Assembly: GCA_964428175.1 (NCBI GenBank)
Contig: CAYRXM010000001.1
Coordinates: forward strand, 33,977 to 97,976
Length of the DNA stretch: 64,000 nucleotides
DNA from: an uncultured Anaerolineae bacterium
GTDB taxonomy: Bacteria > Chloroflexota > Anaerolineae > JAFGEY01
Direction of reading: 5' to 3'
This document shows, in pieces, positions 53,935 through 62,528 of this stretch (its first letter is position 1; each line of letters begins with the position of its first letter). Position numbers and translations under genes: made by a program. The notes under the pieces were generated by a model that was given only the letters and a program-made list of their open reading frames with translations, was not told where the DNA came from and searched no databases.

Positions 53935-55255
53935 AGAAAACGGCCTTGTGAACGGCCTGCTTGACCACGCCCACATCGGCGGGCAGTTCAAGCGGCGGAT
54001 TGGCAGAGTGTGAAATGACATCCTGTAACGCAGATTCGTGATATTTCACCTTGAAATCGGTGAATTTGAGGCCGTGCGCGGTCGAGATCACCACCACCCG
54101 GTCGCGCCGACCAACGTCGCCGCGCTCGACGGCCTTGAACAGGGCGGCGAGGGCCACGCCGGTGTGCGGGCAGGTGTAAAGGCCGGTGCGGTCGGCGCGG
54201 GCGCAGGCATCGGCCAATTCTTGCTCGCTGGCCTGCTCGACCACGCCGTCCAACTGGCGCAGGGTTTTGACCGCCCGCTCGTAACTGACCGGATTGCCGA
54301 TCTGGATCGCGCTGGCGGCGGTCATCTGGGCCGCAACCGGCTGGTAGTGCTTGAAACCGGTCAGGTAGCTGAGGTAGAGCGGGTTGGCGCGCGCAGACTG
54401 GGCGCAGAGGATGCGCGGCAGTTTCTCGATCAGCCCCAGTTCCTTCATCAACAGCAGGCCCTTGCCCAACGCGCTGACGTTGCCCAAATTGCCCACCGGG
54501 ATCACAATCCAGTCGGGCACCTGCCATTCGAACTGCTGCACGATCTCGATGCCGACCGTTTTCTGGCCTTCTATGCGCAGGCTGTTCATCGAGTTGGCCA
54601 GATAGATGCTGTTGTCGGCGGTCACCGCCTTGACGATCTGCATGCAGCCGTCAAAGTCGGTGTCAAGGGCCACGACCAGCGCGCCGTTGGCGATGGGCTG
54701 CACCAGCTGTGCGGTCGAGACCTTGTTTTTGGGCAAAAAGACCAGGGTGGGGATGCCCGCCGCCGCACCGTAGGCGGCCAGCGCCGCCGACGTATCGCCG
54801 GTGGAGGCGCAAGCCACGGCGCGGATCGGCACGCCCGCGGCGCGCATCTGGCGCACCTGTGAGATGAGCACGGTCATGCCCAGGTCTTTGAACGAGCCGG
54901 TGTGTGTATTGCCGCACAGCTTGATCCACAGGTCGTCAAGGCCGAGATCCCGGCCCAGGCGCTCGGCCCAAAAGAGATTGGTGTGGCCCTCGTACATCGA
55001 GACGACGTTTTCGGGATCGAGATCGGGCAGCACCCACTCTTTTTTGCCCCACACCCCGCTGCCATAGGGCCACTCGTTGGTGCGGATGCGGCGGTCGAAC
55101 AGAGTCATCCAGGCCTGCTCGCTGCGGTCGCGCAGCGCCAGAACGTCGTGCACCACGTCGAGCAGGCCGCCGCAGCGCGGACAGGTATAGATCACCTCGT
55201 TGAGCGGGAAGCGTTCGCCGCAGCCGCGAATGCATTCAAACCACGCGCGGTACAT
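53933..55255 (-). CDS. thrC: threonine synthase (long form with N-terminal zinc ribbon)
   Basis: CIRGCGERF...CPRCGG, and the PLP Lys block HTGSFKDLG. Confidence 0.9.
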   Translation of the reverse strand: MYRAWFECIRGCGERFPLNEVIYTCPRCGGLLDVVHDVLALRDRSEQAWMTLFDRRIRTNEWPYGSGVWGKKEWVLPDLDPENVVSMYEGHTNLFWAERLGRDLGLDDLWIKLCGNTHTGSFKDLGMTVLISQVRQMRAAGVPIRAVACASTGDTSAALAAYGAAAGIPTLVFLPKNKVSTAQLVQPIANGALVVALDTDFDGCMQIVKAVTADNSIYLANSMNSLRIEGQKTVGIEIVQQFEWQVPDWIVIPVGNLGNVSALGKGLLLMKELGLIEKLPRILCAQSARANPLYLSYLTGFKHYQPVAAQMTAASAIQIGNPVSYERAVKTLRQLDGVVEQASEQELADACARADRTGLYTCPHTGVALAALFKAVERGDVGRRDRVVVISTAHGLKFTDFKVKYHESALQDVISHSANPPLELPADVGVVKQAVHKAVF

Positions 55256-55289
55256 CTCGGCCCTCCTTTTTGTGCAATGCTCGCATAAA

Positions 55290-55326
55290 CCAGAAACCAG
55301 GTTTTTGTCAAAAACCTGGTTTCTGG
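55290..55326. repeat. GAAACCTGG-type hairpin
   Basis: CCAGAAACCAGGTTTTT-GTC-AAAAACCTGGTTTCTGG, a perfect 17-bp stem between gdh and thrC. Confidence 0.65.
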
Positions 55327-55337
55327 CACAAAAAACT

Positions 55338-56600
55338 CTAAACCCACCCTCTCAATTGGCATGCTTCGGCGACGCGGGACACGGCGATCAGGTAAGCAGC
55401 GACGCGATGCGACACGTTGTATTTGCGCGCGGCCTGATCGACCTGGTGAAAGGCGATGGTCATTTTCTGATCCAGCCGCTGGTACACCTCATCAAGCGTC
55501 CAGTAATAGTTGTAGGCGTTTTGCACCTGCTCGAAATAAGAGACGGTGACGCCGCCGGCGTTGCACAAGAAATCGGGGATGACCAGGCACCCTTTGGCTT
55601 CCAGGATGTCGTCGGCTTCGGGCGTGGTGGGGCCGTTGGCTAATTCGACCACCATCCTGGCTTTGACCTGCCCGGCATTGCCGGCGTGAATGGCCCCTTC
55701 CAGCGCGGCCGGGATCAAAATATCCACGTCGAGTTCGAGCAGGTCGGCATTGCTGATGCGCTCGCAGTCTGGGTAGTCGATCAGGCTGCCGGTGGCGCGC
55801 TTGTGCCGGGAGGTCGCTTCAAAGTCGAGGCCGTCGCGGCAGTACAGACCCGAGCGCGAATCGGAAATTGCCACGACCCTGGCCCCAAACATCTCGGCGA
55901 TCAACTTGTGGGCAAAGGTTCCGGCGTTGCCATAGCCCTGGATGGCGACGGTGGCCTTGCTCAAGTCGATGTCCAGCAAGCGGGCGGCCTCACGGACGCA
56001 ATAGATGCCGCCCCGGGCGGTCGCGTCGCTGCGCCCTTGCGAGCCGCCCAGCGGCAGCGGCTTGCCTGTGATCACGCCGGGCGCGTTGTGCCCCACCAGA
56101 ATGCTGTATTCGTCCATCATCCAGGCCATGATCTGTGGCGTGGTGTACACGTCGGGAGCGGGCACATCGACCTCCGGGCCGATGTATTTGCCCAGCGCGC
56201 GGATGTAGCCCCGGCTCAGGCGTTCCAGCTCGCCGAGCGAGAGTTCTTTGGGGTTGCAGGCCACGCCGCCCTTGCCGCCGCCCAGCGGAATGTCGACCAC
56301 GGCGCACTTCCAGGTCATCCAGGCGGCCAGCGCGCGAATGGTGTCAAACGTCTCGGCGACGTGAAAGCGGATGCCGCCTTTGGTCGGGCCGCGCGCGTCA
56401 TTGTATTGGACGCGAAAGCCCTCAAAGATACGGGTCGTTCCGTCATCCATCTTGACCGGAATGCGCACGTGAAATTCGCGCATCGGCCAGCGCAAAAACT
56501 CGTGCATGGTCGGGTCGAGGTCCATCACTTGAGCGGCACGCCCAAGCTGGCGCTGGGCAATTTCAAAGGGGTTGATCGTTGGAACCAGGGAGTCTTGCAT
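55338..56600 (-). CDS. Glu/Leu/Phe/Val-family (glutamate) dehydrogenase
   Basis: [10 protein letters not shown] and GGGKGG, plus a Rossmann GYGNAG motif. The 781-aa ORF was trimmed to MQDSLVP. Confidence 0.9.
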   Translation of the reverse strand: MQDSLVPTINPFEIAQRQLGRAAQVMDLDPTMHEFLRWPMREFHVRIPVKMDDGTTRIFEGFRVQYNDARGPTKGGIRFHVAETFDTIRALAAWMTWKCAVVDIPLGGGKGGVACNPKELSLGELERLSRGYIRALGKYIGPEVDVPAPDVYTTPQIMAWMMDEYSILVGHNAPGVITGKPLPLGGSQGRSDATARGGIYCVREAARLLDIDLSKATVAIQGYGNAGTFAHKLIAEMFGARVVAISDSRSGLYCRDGLDFEATSRHKRATGSLIDYPDCERISNADLLELDVDILIPAALEGAIHAGNAGQVKARMVVELANGPTTPEADDILEAKGCLVIPDFLCNAGGVTVSYFEQVQNAYNYYWTLDEVYQRLDQKMTIAFHQVDQAARKYNVSHRVAAYLIAVSRVAEACQLRGWV

Positions 56601-56659
56601 GTTGAATCCTTTCAGTATAATGTGACCATTCGAAAGCGTCGGGCCTTCGGGATGGCGTG

Positions 56660-58231
56660 TTACAATGATAGCAGTCGAATCGAGTGGACGCCGGGCAGCG
56701 CTTCGATTTCGGCCTGGACATGCGGCGGTGCGAATTCGTCCAGGGTGAGCACCATCAGCGCTTCGCCGCGCACCTGGAGCCGGCCCACGCCCATAAAGGC
56801 GATGTTGATGTCGGCGCGGCCCGTCACCAGCCCCACCTGGCCGATCAGCCCGGGCTGGTCGCGGTTGTAAACCAACAGCTGGTAGCCATGTGCGGCAAAG
56901 TCGAGCCAGTATTCGTCGATGCGCACGATGTACGGTTCGCCGCGCATAATCGTGCCGGAAAGGACGCGCTGCGCGCCGTTGTCGCTCAGGGTGAGGGTGA
57001 TCAGGTTGGCAAAGTGACCGGCGTCGCCGGTTTTTTCCTCGCTCACCTCCAGGCCGCGCTCGCGGGCGATCAGCCCGGCATTGACCAGGGTGATCCGCGC
57101 TTCGGTCACGTCTTGCAGCAACCCCTTGATGATCAGCGCGCGCAGCAAGTCGGTGTTCATTTCGGCCAATTGGCCGGCATAGGTGATGCGCGCGGTGTTG
57201 AGGTGCTTGTCGACGAGCTGGCTGGCTGCCGCGCCGAGCTTTTCGGCCAGCTCGCAAAAAGGCAAGAGTTGGGCCTGTGTCTCCGGCGGGATGATCGGCG
57301 CGTTGACCGGGTGGGCGGCCGGTTTCCCATCGAGCACATCGAGCACCTGCCGGGCCACGTCGACCGCGACGGCGACCTGGGCCTCCTGGGTGGACGCGCC
57401 CAGGTGCGGGGTGAGCACCACCCTGGGGTTGTTCAGCAGCGGGCTGCCGAGCGGGGGTTCCTGGACAAACACATCGAGCGCAGCGCCGGCGAGCTGCCCA
57501 TCCTTGAGCGCCTGATCCAGCGCGGCCTCGTCGACGATGCCGCCGCGTGCGCAGTTGATGATCCGCGCCGTCGGCTTGACCTGGGCCAGTTCTGCCGCGC
57601 CGATCATGCCCTTGGTTGCCGGGGTGAGCGGCACGTGGACGGTGATAAAGTCGGCCTCGGCGAGCAGCCGTTCCAGCGGGCACAACTCGACGCCCAGCCG
57701 CTCGGCGTGCGCGCTGGACATGTAGGGGTCAAAGCCGAGCACGCGCATCTCCAGGCCGCGCGCGCGGCGGGCCACCTCGCGGCCAATGCGGCCCAGGCCG
57801 ATCACGCCCAGCGTCTTGCCGGTCACTTCGACGCCCATAAACTGCTTGCGCGACCATTTGCCGGCGCGCATCGAGGCGTCGGCGGCGGGGATGTGCCGGG
57901 TCAGGGCCATCATCATGGCGACGGTGTGCTCGGCGGCGGCGATGCTGTTGCCGTCCGGCGCGTTGACGACCAGAATGCCCTGCGCCGTCGCCGCGTCCAC
58001 GTCAATGTTGTCAACGCCCACCCCGGCGCGTCCAACCACCTGCAAGTGCTTGCCCGCCTGGAGAATGGGCGCTGTGACCTGCGTGCCGCTGCGCACGATC
58101 AGCGCATCATAGCCGGCAATGATCTCGACGATTTGTTCCTGGCTCAAATCCGTTTTCACATCGACGAAATGTCGTCGTTGCAGCAGTTCGATCCCGTCTT
58201 GCGCCAATGGGTCGGAAACCAATATGCGCAT
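56660..58231 (-). CDS. serA: D-3-phosphoglycerate dehydrogenase with ASB/ACT domains
   Basis: [10 protein letters not shown], a 523-aa long form. RBS GGAGGGAG. Confidence 0.92.
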   Translation of the reverse strand: MRILVSDPLAQDGIELLQRRHFVDVKTDLSQEQIVEIIAGYDALIVRSGTQVTAPILQAGKHLQVVGRAGVGVDNIDVDAATAQGILVVNAPDGNSIAAAEHTVAMMMALTRHIPAADASMRAGKWSRKQFMGVEVTGKTLGVIGLGRIGREVARRARGLEMRVLGFDPYMSSAHAERLGVELCPLERLLAEADFITVHVPLTPATKGMIGAAELAQVKPTARIINCARGGIVDEAALDQALKDGQLAGAALDVFVQEPPLGSPLLNNPRVVLTPHLGASTQEAQVAVAVDVARQVLDVLDGKPAAHPVNAPIIPPETQAQLLPFCELAEKLGAAASQLVDKHLNTARITYAGQLAEMNTDLLRALIIKGLLQDVTEARITLVNAGLIARERGLEVSEEKTGDAGHFANLITLTLSDNGAQRVLSGTIMRGEPYIVRIDEYWLDFAAHGYQLLVYNRDQPGLIGQVGLVTGRADINIAFMGVGRLQVRGEALMVLTLDEFAPPHVQAEIEALPGVHSIRLLSL

Positions 58232-58269
58232 CTCTCTCCCTCCTGGTGCCAGATGCCTGGCAATGAATG

Positions 58270-58307
58270 AAAAAAAAAGACGCCTTGAACAAGGTCAAGG
58301 CGTCTTT
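58270..58307 (-). terminator. strong rho-independent terminator ~40 nt upstream of serA
   Basis: Minus strand AAAGACGCCTTGA-CCTTGT-TCAAGGCGTCTTT followed by a T9 run. Confidence 0.7.
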
Positions 58308-58312
58308 GCACT

Positions 58313-58475
58313 GACTGATTTGTGGCTTTGCTGAAAAAAGGTCGGCTGTTCGTGAAATTGCTCGTTGGGGTTATTGTTCTTGCGCTTATTAAGAACAGTT
58401 GGCAAAGCTCCAAGATACTTGATGTATCAAGTTCTTGGACTTGTTTGTCGTTCCTGACCTTTTTTCAGGGGAGTC
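58313..58475 (+). repeat. MITE-like repeat, family B copy 2
   Basis: Collinear with 29157..29318. TIR CTGAAAAAAGGTC / GACCTTTTTTCAG. The right end GGGGAGTC matches the family A termini. Confidence 0.75.
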
Positions 58476-58486
58476 GTTTGTGCGAC

Positions 58487-58511
58487 AAAAAAAGCCCCCC
58501 GGTTGGGAGGC
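58487..58511 (-). terminator. rho-independent terminator of an upstream leader/ncRNA
   Basis: Minus strand GCCTCCC-AACC-GGGGGGC followed by TTTTTTT. Its left arm can alternatively pair with CGGTTGGGAG (58551-58560). Confidence 0.65.
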
Positions 58512-58530
58512 TTGTCTATAGCCGTTCGAT

Positions 58531-58635
58531 CTAGGTGCGGCGCTGGCTTTCTCCCAACCGACAACATTCCTCCGTGATGGAGGAACGAGTGCGACCAGTG
58601 GTACCGGTGCCGGGAAAAACGCGCCAGGTGCGCAT
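58531..58635 (-). CDS. candidate Thr/Ser-rich leader peptide (34 aa)
   Basis: GAAGGA lies 6 nt before the ATG. The peptide is MRTWRVFPGTGTTGRTRSSITEECCRLGESQRRT. The ORF reads through the antiterminator arm. Speculative. Confidence 0.3.
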   Translation of the reverse strand: MRTWRVFPGTGTTGRTRSSITEECCRLGESQRRT

Positions 58636-58691
58636 GGACAATCCTTCAGAACGATCCAAACAGTCTGATTGATCACATCGATCTGAAACAC

Positions 58692-58720
58692 AGTTTACCA
58701 CAGACTTGGATATTGGTCAA
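58692..58720 (-). promoter_or_regulatory. sigma70-like promoter (minus strand)
   Basis: TTGACC-17 nt-TAAACT. Confidence 0.5.
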
Positions 58721-58806
58721 ATTTTGATTCCGGGTAGCCAATGATGCCTGGAGGTCCTTGTTTTACATAAAATGCACCTAAACTAGCTTTGCTTTATTCG
58801 CGTTCA

Positions 58807-58835
58807 TTGACACAGCGGGGGGATTGCGTTATAAT
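58807..58835 (+). promoter_or_regulatory. consensus sigma70 promoter
   Basis: TTGACA-17 nt-TATAAT. This places the TSS after the ATG at 58834 and so favours the GTG start at 58870. Confidence 0.6.
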
Positions 58836-58869
58836 GACGGCGGGGATTGTAGATGTTGTGGGAGGAAAC

Positions 58870-60480
58870 GTGAAAAAGGCTGTATGGTGGATTGTAGCTG
58901 CGCTTGGTATCGTCGCTCTGGGTGTGGCGGCCTATTTTAGCGCCCCTTACTGGTGGCCCTGGGTGCCGTCGTCGGCGGCCTGGCTGCAGGGTGTGTTTAG
59001 CGGCCAAACCCTGGGCCCGGTTTTGTTCGGCCTGGCACTGGTGCTGGTCGCCCTGGTCGAATTTGTCGTTGGGCTGGTGCTGCGCTCCCGCAGCCGCTCG
59101 TTTGAACTTGAACGCGCCGACCTGGTGGCGCTGCACCGCAAGGAACTCGAACTCGGGCAGCAAGAAATCGAGCTGCTGAAACAGGACAAGGCTCAAATCG
59201 AGGCCAGGTTGCAGGCGCGCAGCGAGATGGTGCAGCAAGAACGGACGATGCTGAATGCCCGGCTGGAACGTTTGCAGCGCGAAGCCCAGATTGCGCTCAG
59301 CCAAGTCGTCCAGATCGATCATCCCGCCCTTTCCTCGCGCGATATTTCAAACATCGAGCAGGTGCTCAATCGTCTGGAACGGATCGAGCTGGCCCTCGAT
59401 GTCTCCGACATGGCCAGCAGCGATATAGACGAAGCGCAGTTGATCGCCCGTGCGGCCAACTGGCTGCGCTTGGGCAATGCCTATTATTACATCAATCTGC
59501 CGCTCAAGGCGATGGCCTATTACGAGCGCGCGCAAGACCTGCGGCCTCAGGATGTGACGCCATACGTCAATCAAGGGTTTGCGCTGGTGACTCAGGGCAG
59601 CGTGCAGCAGGCGATCGAGATGTTTGACCAGGCCACGCGCGTCGATGGCAACTCGCCCTATGCGTACCTGGGACGGGGCCTTGCCTATGCCCGGTTGGGA
59701 CGCGAACGGCGTGCAGTCGAAGACTATAACAAGGCGATCAAGCTCGACCCCGAATTGGCCCAGTCCTATTATTATCGCGGCGTGGCTTTCGAGGAGCAGG
59801 GGCAGCACAACAAGGCGCTTCAGGACTTGAGCAAGGCAATCGATTTGTCACCCCAATATACCCGGGCCTATCTGGAACGCGGCATTGTCAGAACGGCGCT
59901 CCAGGACTACCAGTGGGCCATGATCGATCTGAATCAGGCCATCGATCTCGATCCGGCGTCGAGTCAGGCCTATTACCGGCGCGGCCAGGCGCGGGCGATC
60001 CTCGGTGAGCATCCGGTGGCGATCAAGGATTTTACCGCCGCAATCGAACTGTCGCAGACGGACTGGCAGGTCTTTCTGGCGCGCGCCACTTCGTATATCG
60101 CTGTCGAGCAGCACAACAAGGCGGTCAGTGACCTGACCCAGGCCATCGAGCTGCAGGCTGACAGTGCAGAACTCTATAGCCGGCGCGGTGCGGCGCAGAT
60201 CGAACTCAAGCAGTACACGCCGGCGATCGCCGATCTGACCCGGGCCATCGAACTGTCGCCAGGAATGGCGTTGGCCTTTGTCAACCGGGGTCGGGCCTAT
60301 GAAAAAACGGGGCATTACGACGATGCATTGCGCGATCTGAACGAGGCCATCGAACTCGATCCCAACCTGGCGCTGGCCTATTATAACCGGGGCATCATTT
60401 ATGGAAGCGTCGGCGAGTATGATAAAGCGACGCAAAATATCAACAAGGCCATTTCATTGGACCCATCGCTGGCCGATTAG
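58870..60480 (+). CDS. membrane-anchored coiled-coil / TPR-repeat protein
   Basis: RBS GGAGGA. Two N-terminal TM helices, a coiled coil, then about 10 TPR units (A...Y..AI.LDP....AY..RG). Confidence 0.85.
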   Translation: MKKAVWWIVAALGIVALGVAAYFSAPYWWPWVPSSAAWLQGVFSGQTLGPVLFGLALVLVALVEFVVGLVLRSRSRSFELERADLVALHRKELELGQQEIELLKQDKAQIEARLQARSEMVQQERTMLNARLERLQREAQIALSQVVQIDHPALSSRDISNIEQVLNRLERIELALDVSDMASSDIDEAQLIARAANWLRLGNAYYYINLPLKAMAYYERAQDLRPQDVTPYVNQGFALVTQGSVQQAIEMFDQATRVDGNSPYAYLGRGLAYARLGRERRAVEDYNKAIKLDPELAQSYYYRGVAFEEQGQHNKALQDLSKAIDLSPQYTRAYLERGIVRTALQDYQWAMIDLNQAIDLDPASSQAYYRRGQARAILGEHPVAIKDFTAAIELSQTDWQVFLARATSYIAVEQHNKAVSDLTQAIELQADSAELYSRRGAAQIELKQYTPAIADLTRAIELSPGMALAFVNRGRAYEKTGHYDDALRDLNEAIELDPNLALAYYNRGIIYGSVGEYDKATQNINKAISLDPSLAD

Positions 60481-60507
60481 CCGGGTGGGTCGAGCGGAGG
60501 AATCCAG

Positions 60508-60747
60508 ATGACCAAGAGCGCCTCTGGCAAGGATTTGCTCGACACCGTTTCGCACTTTTTGGCACACAACAAGGGATTGCCGGTTTTTATCGGCATCGGG
60601 CTGGCCCTGCTGGGCCTGATTTTGAACTGCATTCCCGGTCTGTATGGTGAACCGGGTTTCTGGGGCTGGCTGGTACGCAGCGATCTGCTGCTTCACTTGG
60701 GCGTGATCGTCGGCTTGCTGGGCATTTTGCTCGGCGATGCGCTCTAG
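60508..60747 (+). CDS. small membrane protein (79 aa)
   Basis: Two predicted TM helices. RBS GGAGGAA-like upstream. Confidence 0.5.
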   Translation: MTKSASGKDLLDTVSHFLAHNKGLPVFIGIGLALLGLILNCIPGLYGEPGFWGWLVRSDLLLHLGVIVGLLGILLGDAL

Positions 60748-60750
60748 CAA

Positions 60751-60875
60751 CCTGTCGGAGAAATGGAACAGAAACCGGGTTTATGCTTTTCTATGAACAT
60801 AAACTGTCGAACGGCACATTTCATAATTCTGGATTATCACGCAATGAGCATAAACCCGGTTTCTCCGACAAACTG
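60751..60875. repeat. TIR-bearing element (single copy in window)
   Basis: TGTCGGAGAAA[TGGAACAG]AACCGGGTTTATGCT ... AGCATAAACCCGGTTTCTCCGACA. Confidence 0.55.
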
Positions 60876-60900
60876 CTAGACGGCCCCCAACTCGAAAAAC

Positions 60901-60936
60901 AACAGTGCCCACGGTTTTCACCGTGGGCACTGTTTT
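60901..60936. terminator. bidirectional hairpin terminator
   Basis: AACAGTGCCCACGG-TTTTCA-CCGTGGGCACTGTT, flanked by an A-run and a T-run. Confidence 0.65.
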
Positions 60937-61091
60937 GCCGGAGGCGACCCGGCTGCGCTCCAGACGGAAAAATGCCGCTTTCCAATCAAATCTTGTTTGA
61001 TGGAGGTCTGGTACTCTTGCGACCTAATTTTGATAGGTTCAAGTCTGGCCCGTGGGCGCAATTTGCATATCAAATTTGGTTTGATGGAGTA

Positions 61092-61313
61092 CTAGCTGCC
61101 TCGCCCGGAACGCTCGCTGATCCATTTTTCGAGCAAGTCGCGTTTGATGCGCCACTGCCGCCCAATTTTGAACGCCGGCAGTTCTCCTTCGCGGGCCAGG
61201 CGGCGCACGGTCAACTCGTGGAGTTTGAGAAAAGTGGCTACTTGGGCAATGGTGAGCATATCGTTTTCGTTCATGCCAGATCCTGAGCCTGTCGGGATGC
61301 TAGATTCGGTCAT
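61092..61313 (-). CDS. excisionase-family (MerR-like) HTH DNA-binding protein
   Basis: RBS AAAGGAG lies 7 nt upstream. MLTIAQVATFLKLHELTVRRLAREGELPAFKIGRQWRI is typical of HTH_17/Xis-type domains. Confidence 0.75.
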   Translation of the reverse strand: MTESSIPTGSGSGMNENDMLTIAQVATFLKLHELTVRRLAREGELPAFKIGRQWRIKRDLLEKWISERSGRGS

Positions 61314-61465
61314 TGTCTTTCTCCTTTCGGTTTATCAACATCAGGTTACTGGACACGCTCAAGGCAAAGGATCAGCCCAGTCTCGAAACCGGCCTCACCC
61401 GTCTTGAGCGATTTAACGTCTAAACATGAGACAGTATACCATATTATGTTCAAAAAGAAAACTTG

Positions 61466-62392
61466 ATGCGCAACAATAATAGGGATTGGAAAAAAATCTG
61501 GATCGGCTGTCTCGTCGTGTGGCTGGGCATGGCCGGTTCATTGCGGGCATTTGCGCCCAACACGCCGGTCATTTCACTTGCCACGGTCTGCACGCCGCAC
61601 TGGGTTCGCCCGGTCGACGCGGCTGCCGGCGACCAGCCTGATCATTTCTACCCGTATGGCTCGACCGGACAGGGGCAATACCAGGTGCATCACGGCGTCG
61701 AATTTGTCAATTCGCTCGGAACGCCGGTTTTTGCCGTCGCTGGCGGCACGGTCGTCGTTGCCGGAACGGATCGGCAGACGGCCTGGGGACGCCATCGGGA
61801 CTATTACGGGCAGCTGGTCATCCTGGAATTGGACGAGCGCTGTTACGGGCGGCCCGTTTACGTGCTCTATGGACACCTGGTGGCTGTCCAGGTGGGTGTG
61901 GGGCAGCGTGTCGAACAGGGTGAGGTCATCGGGCGGGTGGGGATGAGCGGGATCGCCGTTGGGCCGCACCTGCACTTTGAGGTGCGGCTGGGATTGAATA
62001 CGTTTGAGCACACGCAGAACCCTGTGTTGTGGTTCGACCCGCTGCCGGGCTGCGGCATGCTGGTGGGCCGTGTCGTCGATGCTGCTCGCCAGCCGCTCGA
62101 AGGGGTGCTGATCACCATTCACCGCGCCGAACAGCCGGATCGATACTGGCGTGAAACGTGGACGTACACCGGTGTGCGCCGTGAGCGGCTGAATTCTGAC
62201 ACGCGCTGGCACGAAAACTGGACGTTGAGTGATCTGCCGGCCGGTGAGTATATCTTGCGCCTGAGGGTCGGCGACAGGCTTTACACCCGCCGGGTCAGCG
62301 TGGGCGATGGACAAACCGTGTTCGTGCAGTTTGACCTGCCCGCGCCGAACTTGCCAAAACAGGATGCACACGGTATAATGTTGTCACCCTAG
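61466..62392 (+). CDS. M23-family metallopeptidase with C-terminal beta-sandwich domain
   Basis: HHGVEF and GMSGIAVGPHLHFEV motifs, with an N-terminal signal/anchor. Confidence 0.85.
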   Translation: MRNNNRDWKKIWIGCLVVWLGMAGSLRAFAPNTPVISLATVCTPHWVRPVDAAAGDQPDHFYPYGSTGQGQYQVHHGVEFVNSLGTPVFAVAGGTVVVAGTDRQTAWGRHRDYYGQLVILELDERCYGRPVYVLYGHLVAVQVGVGQRVEQGEVIGRVGMSGIAVGPHLHFEVRLGLNTFEHTQNPVLWFDPLPGCGMLVGRVVDAARQPLEGVLITIHRAEQPDRYWRETWTYTGVRRERLNSDTRWHENWTLSDLPAGEYILRLRVGDRLYTRRVSVGDGQTVFVQFDLPAPNLPKQDAHGIMLSP

Positions 62393-62393
62393 C

Positions 62394-62475
62394 GGGGAAG
62401 TGTCGGAACTGGCAGACGAGCGTGACTTAGGATCACGTGGAGAAATCCGTACGGGTTCAACTCCCGTCTTCCCCA
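62394..62475 (+). tRNA. tRNA-Leu (anticodon UAG), no encoded CCA
   Basis: GGGGAAG-TG-TCG-GAACTGGCAGA-CGA-G-CGTGA-CTTAGGA-TCACG-TGGAGAAATCCGT-ACGGG-TTCAACT-CCCGT-CTTCCCC-A. The long variable arm makes it a type II tRNA. Confidence 0.9.
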
Positions 62476-62482
62476 CAAAAAA

Positions 62483-62511
62483 ATGGGAGGGCATTGGCCC
62501 TCCCATTTTTA
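62483..62511. terminator. bidirectional terminator
   Basis: ATGGGAGGG-CATTGG-CCCTCCCAT, flanked by A7 and T5. Confidence 0.7.
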
Positions 62512-62528
62512 TTTTGCCGGCTGGCGGT

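Noticed and set aside
53878-54021. N-terminal extension of the aspartate kinase ORF (52408..54021).
   Set aside because: The extension runs across the intercistronic hairpin and into thrC. The Met at 53877 has a GAGGAG RBS and precedes the KFGGTS motif.
56601-57683. N-terminal ~360 aa of the 781-aa ORF 55338..57683.
   Set aside because: The stretch is Arg/Pro/Ala/Gly-rich and antisense to or out of frame with serA. The glutamate dehydrogenase homology starts at MQDSLVP (56600).
58585-58612. T-box element suggested by GTGGTACCGG (plus strand).
   Set aside because: The match is on the strand pointing at a TPR-protein gene. GGTACC is palindromic. I saw no specifier loop, AG bulge, F-box or matching antiterminator bulge on either strand.
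58488-58700. Housekeeping ncRNA (SRP RNA, 6S RNA or RNase P) for the ~200-nt minus-strand transcript.
   Set aside because: There is no GGAAGCAGCC-type SRP domain IV motif. The 5' and 3' ends do not pair as in 6S RNA. The transcript is too short for RNase P and lacks GAGGAAAGTCC. I treat it as a leader or unknown RNA instead.
61092-62475. Integrated prophage or genomic island at tRNA-Leu, suggested by the excisionase-like HTH.
   Set aside because: No integrase, recombinase or phage-like gene lies within the window, and no duplicated tRNA 3' segment (att repeat) was seen. The neighbouring genes are ordinary (M23 peptidase, TPR protein).
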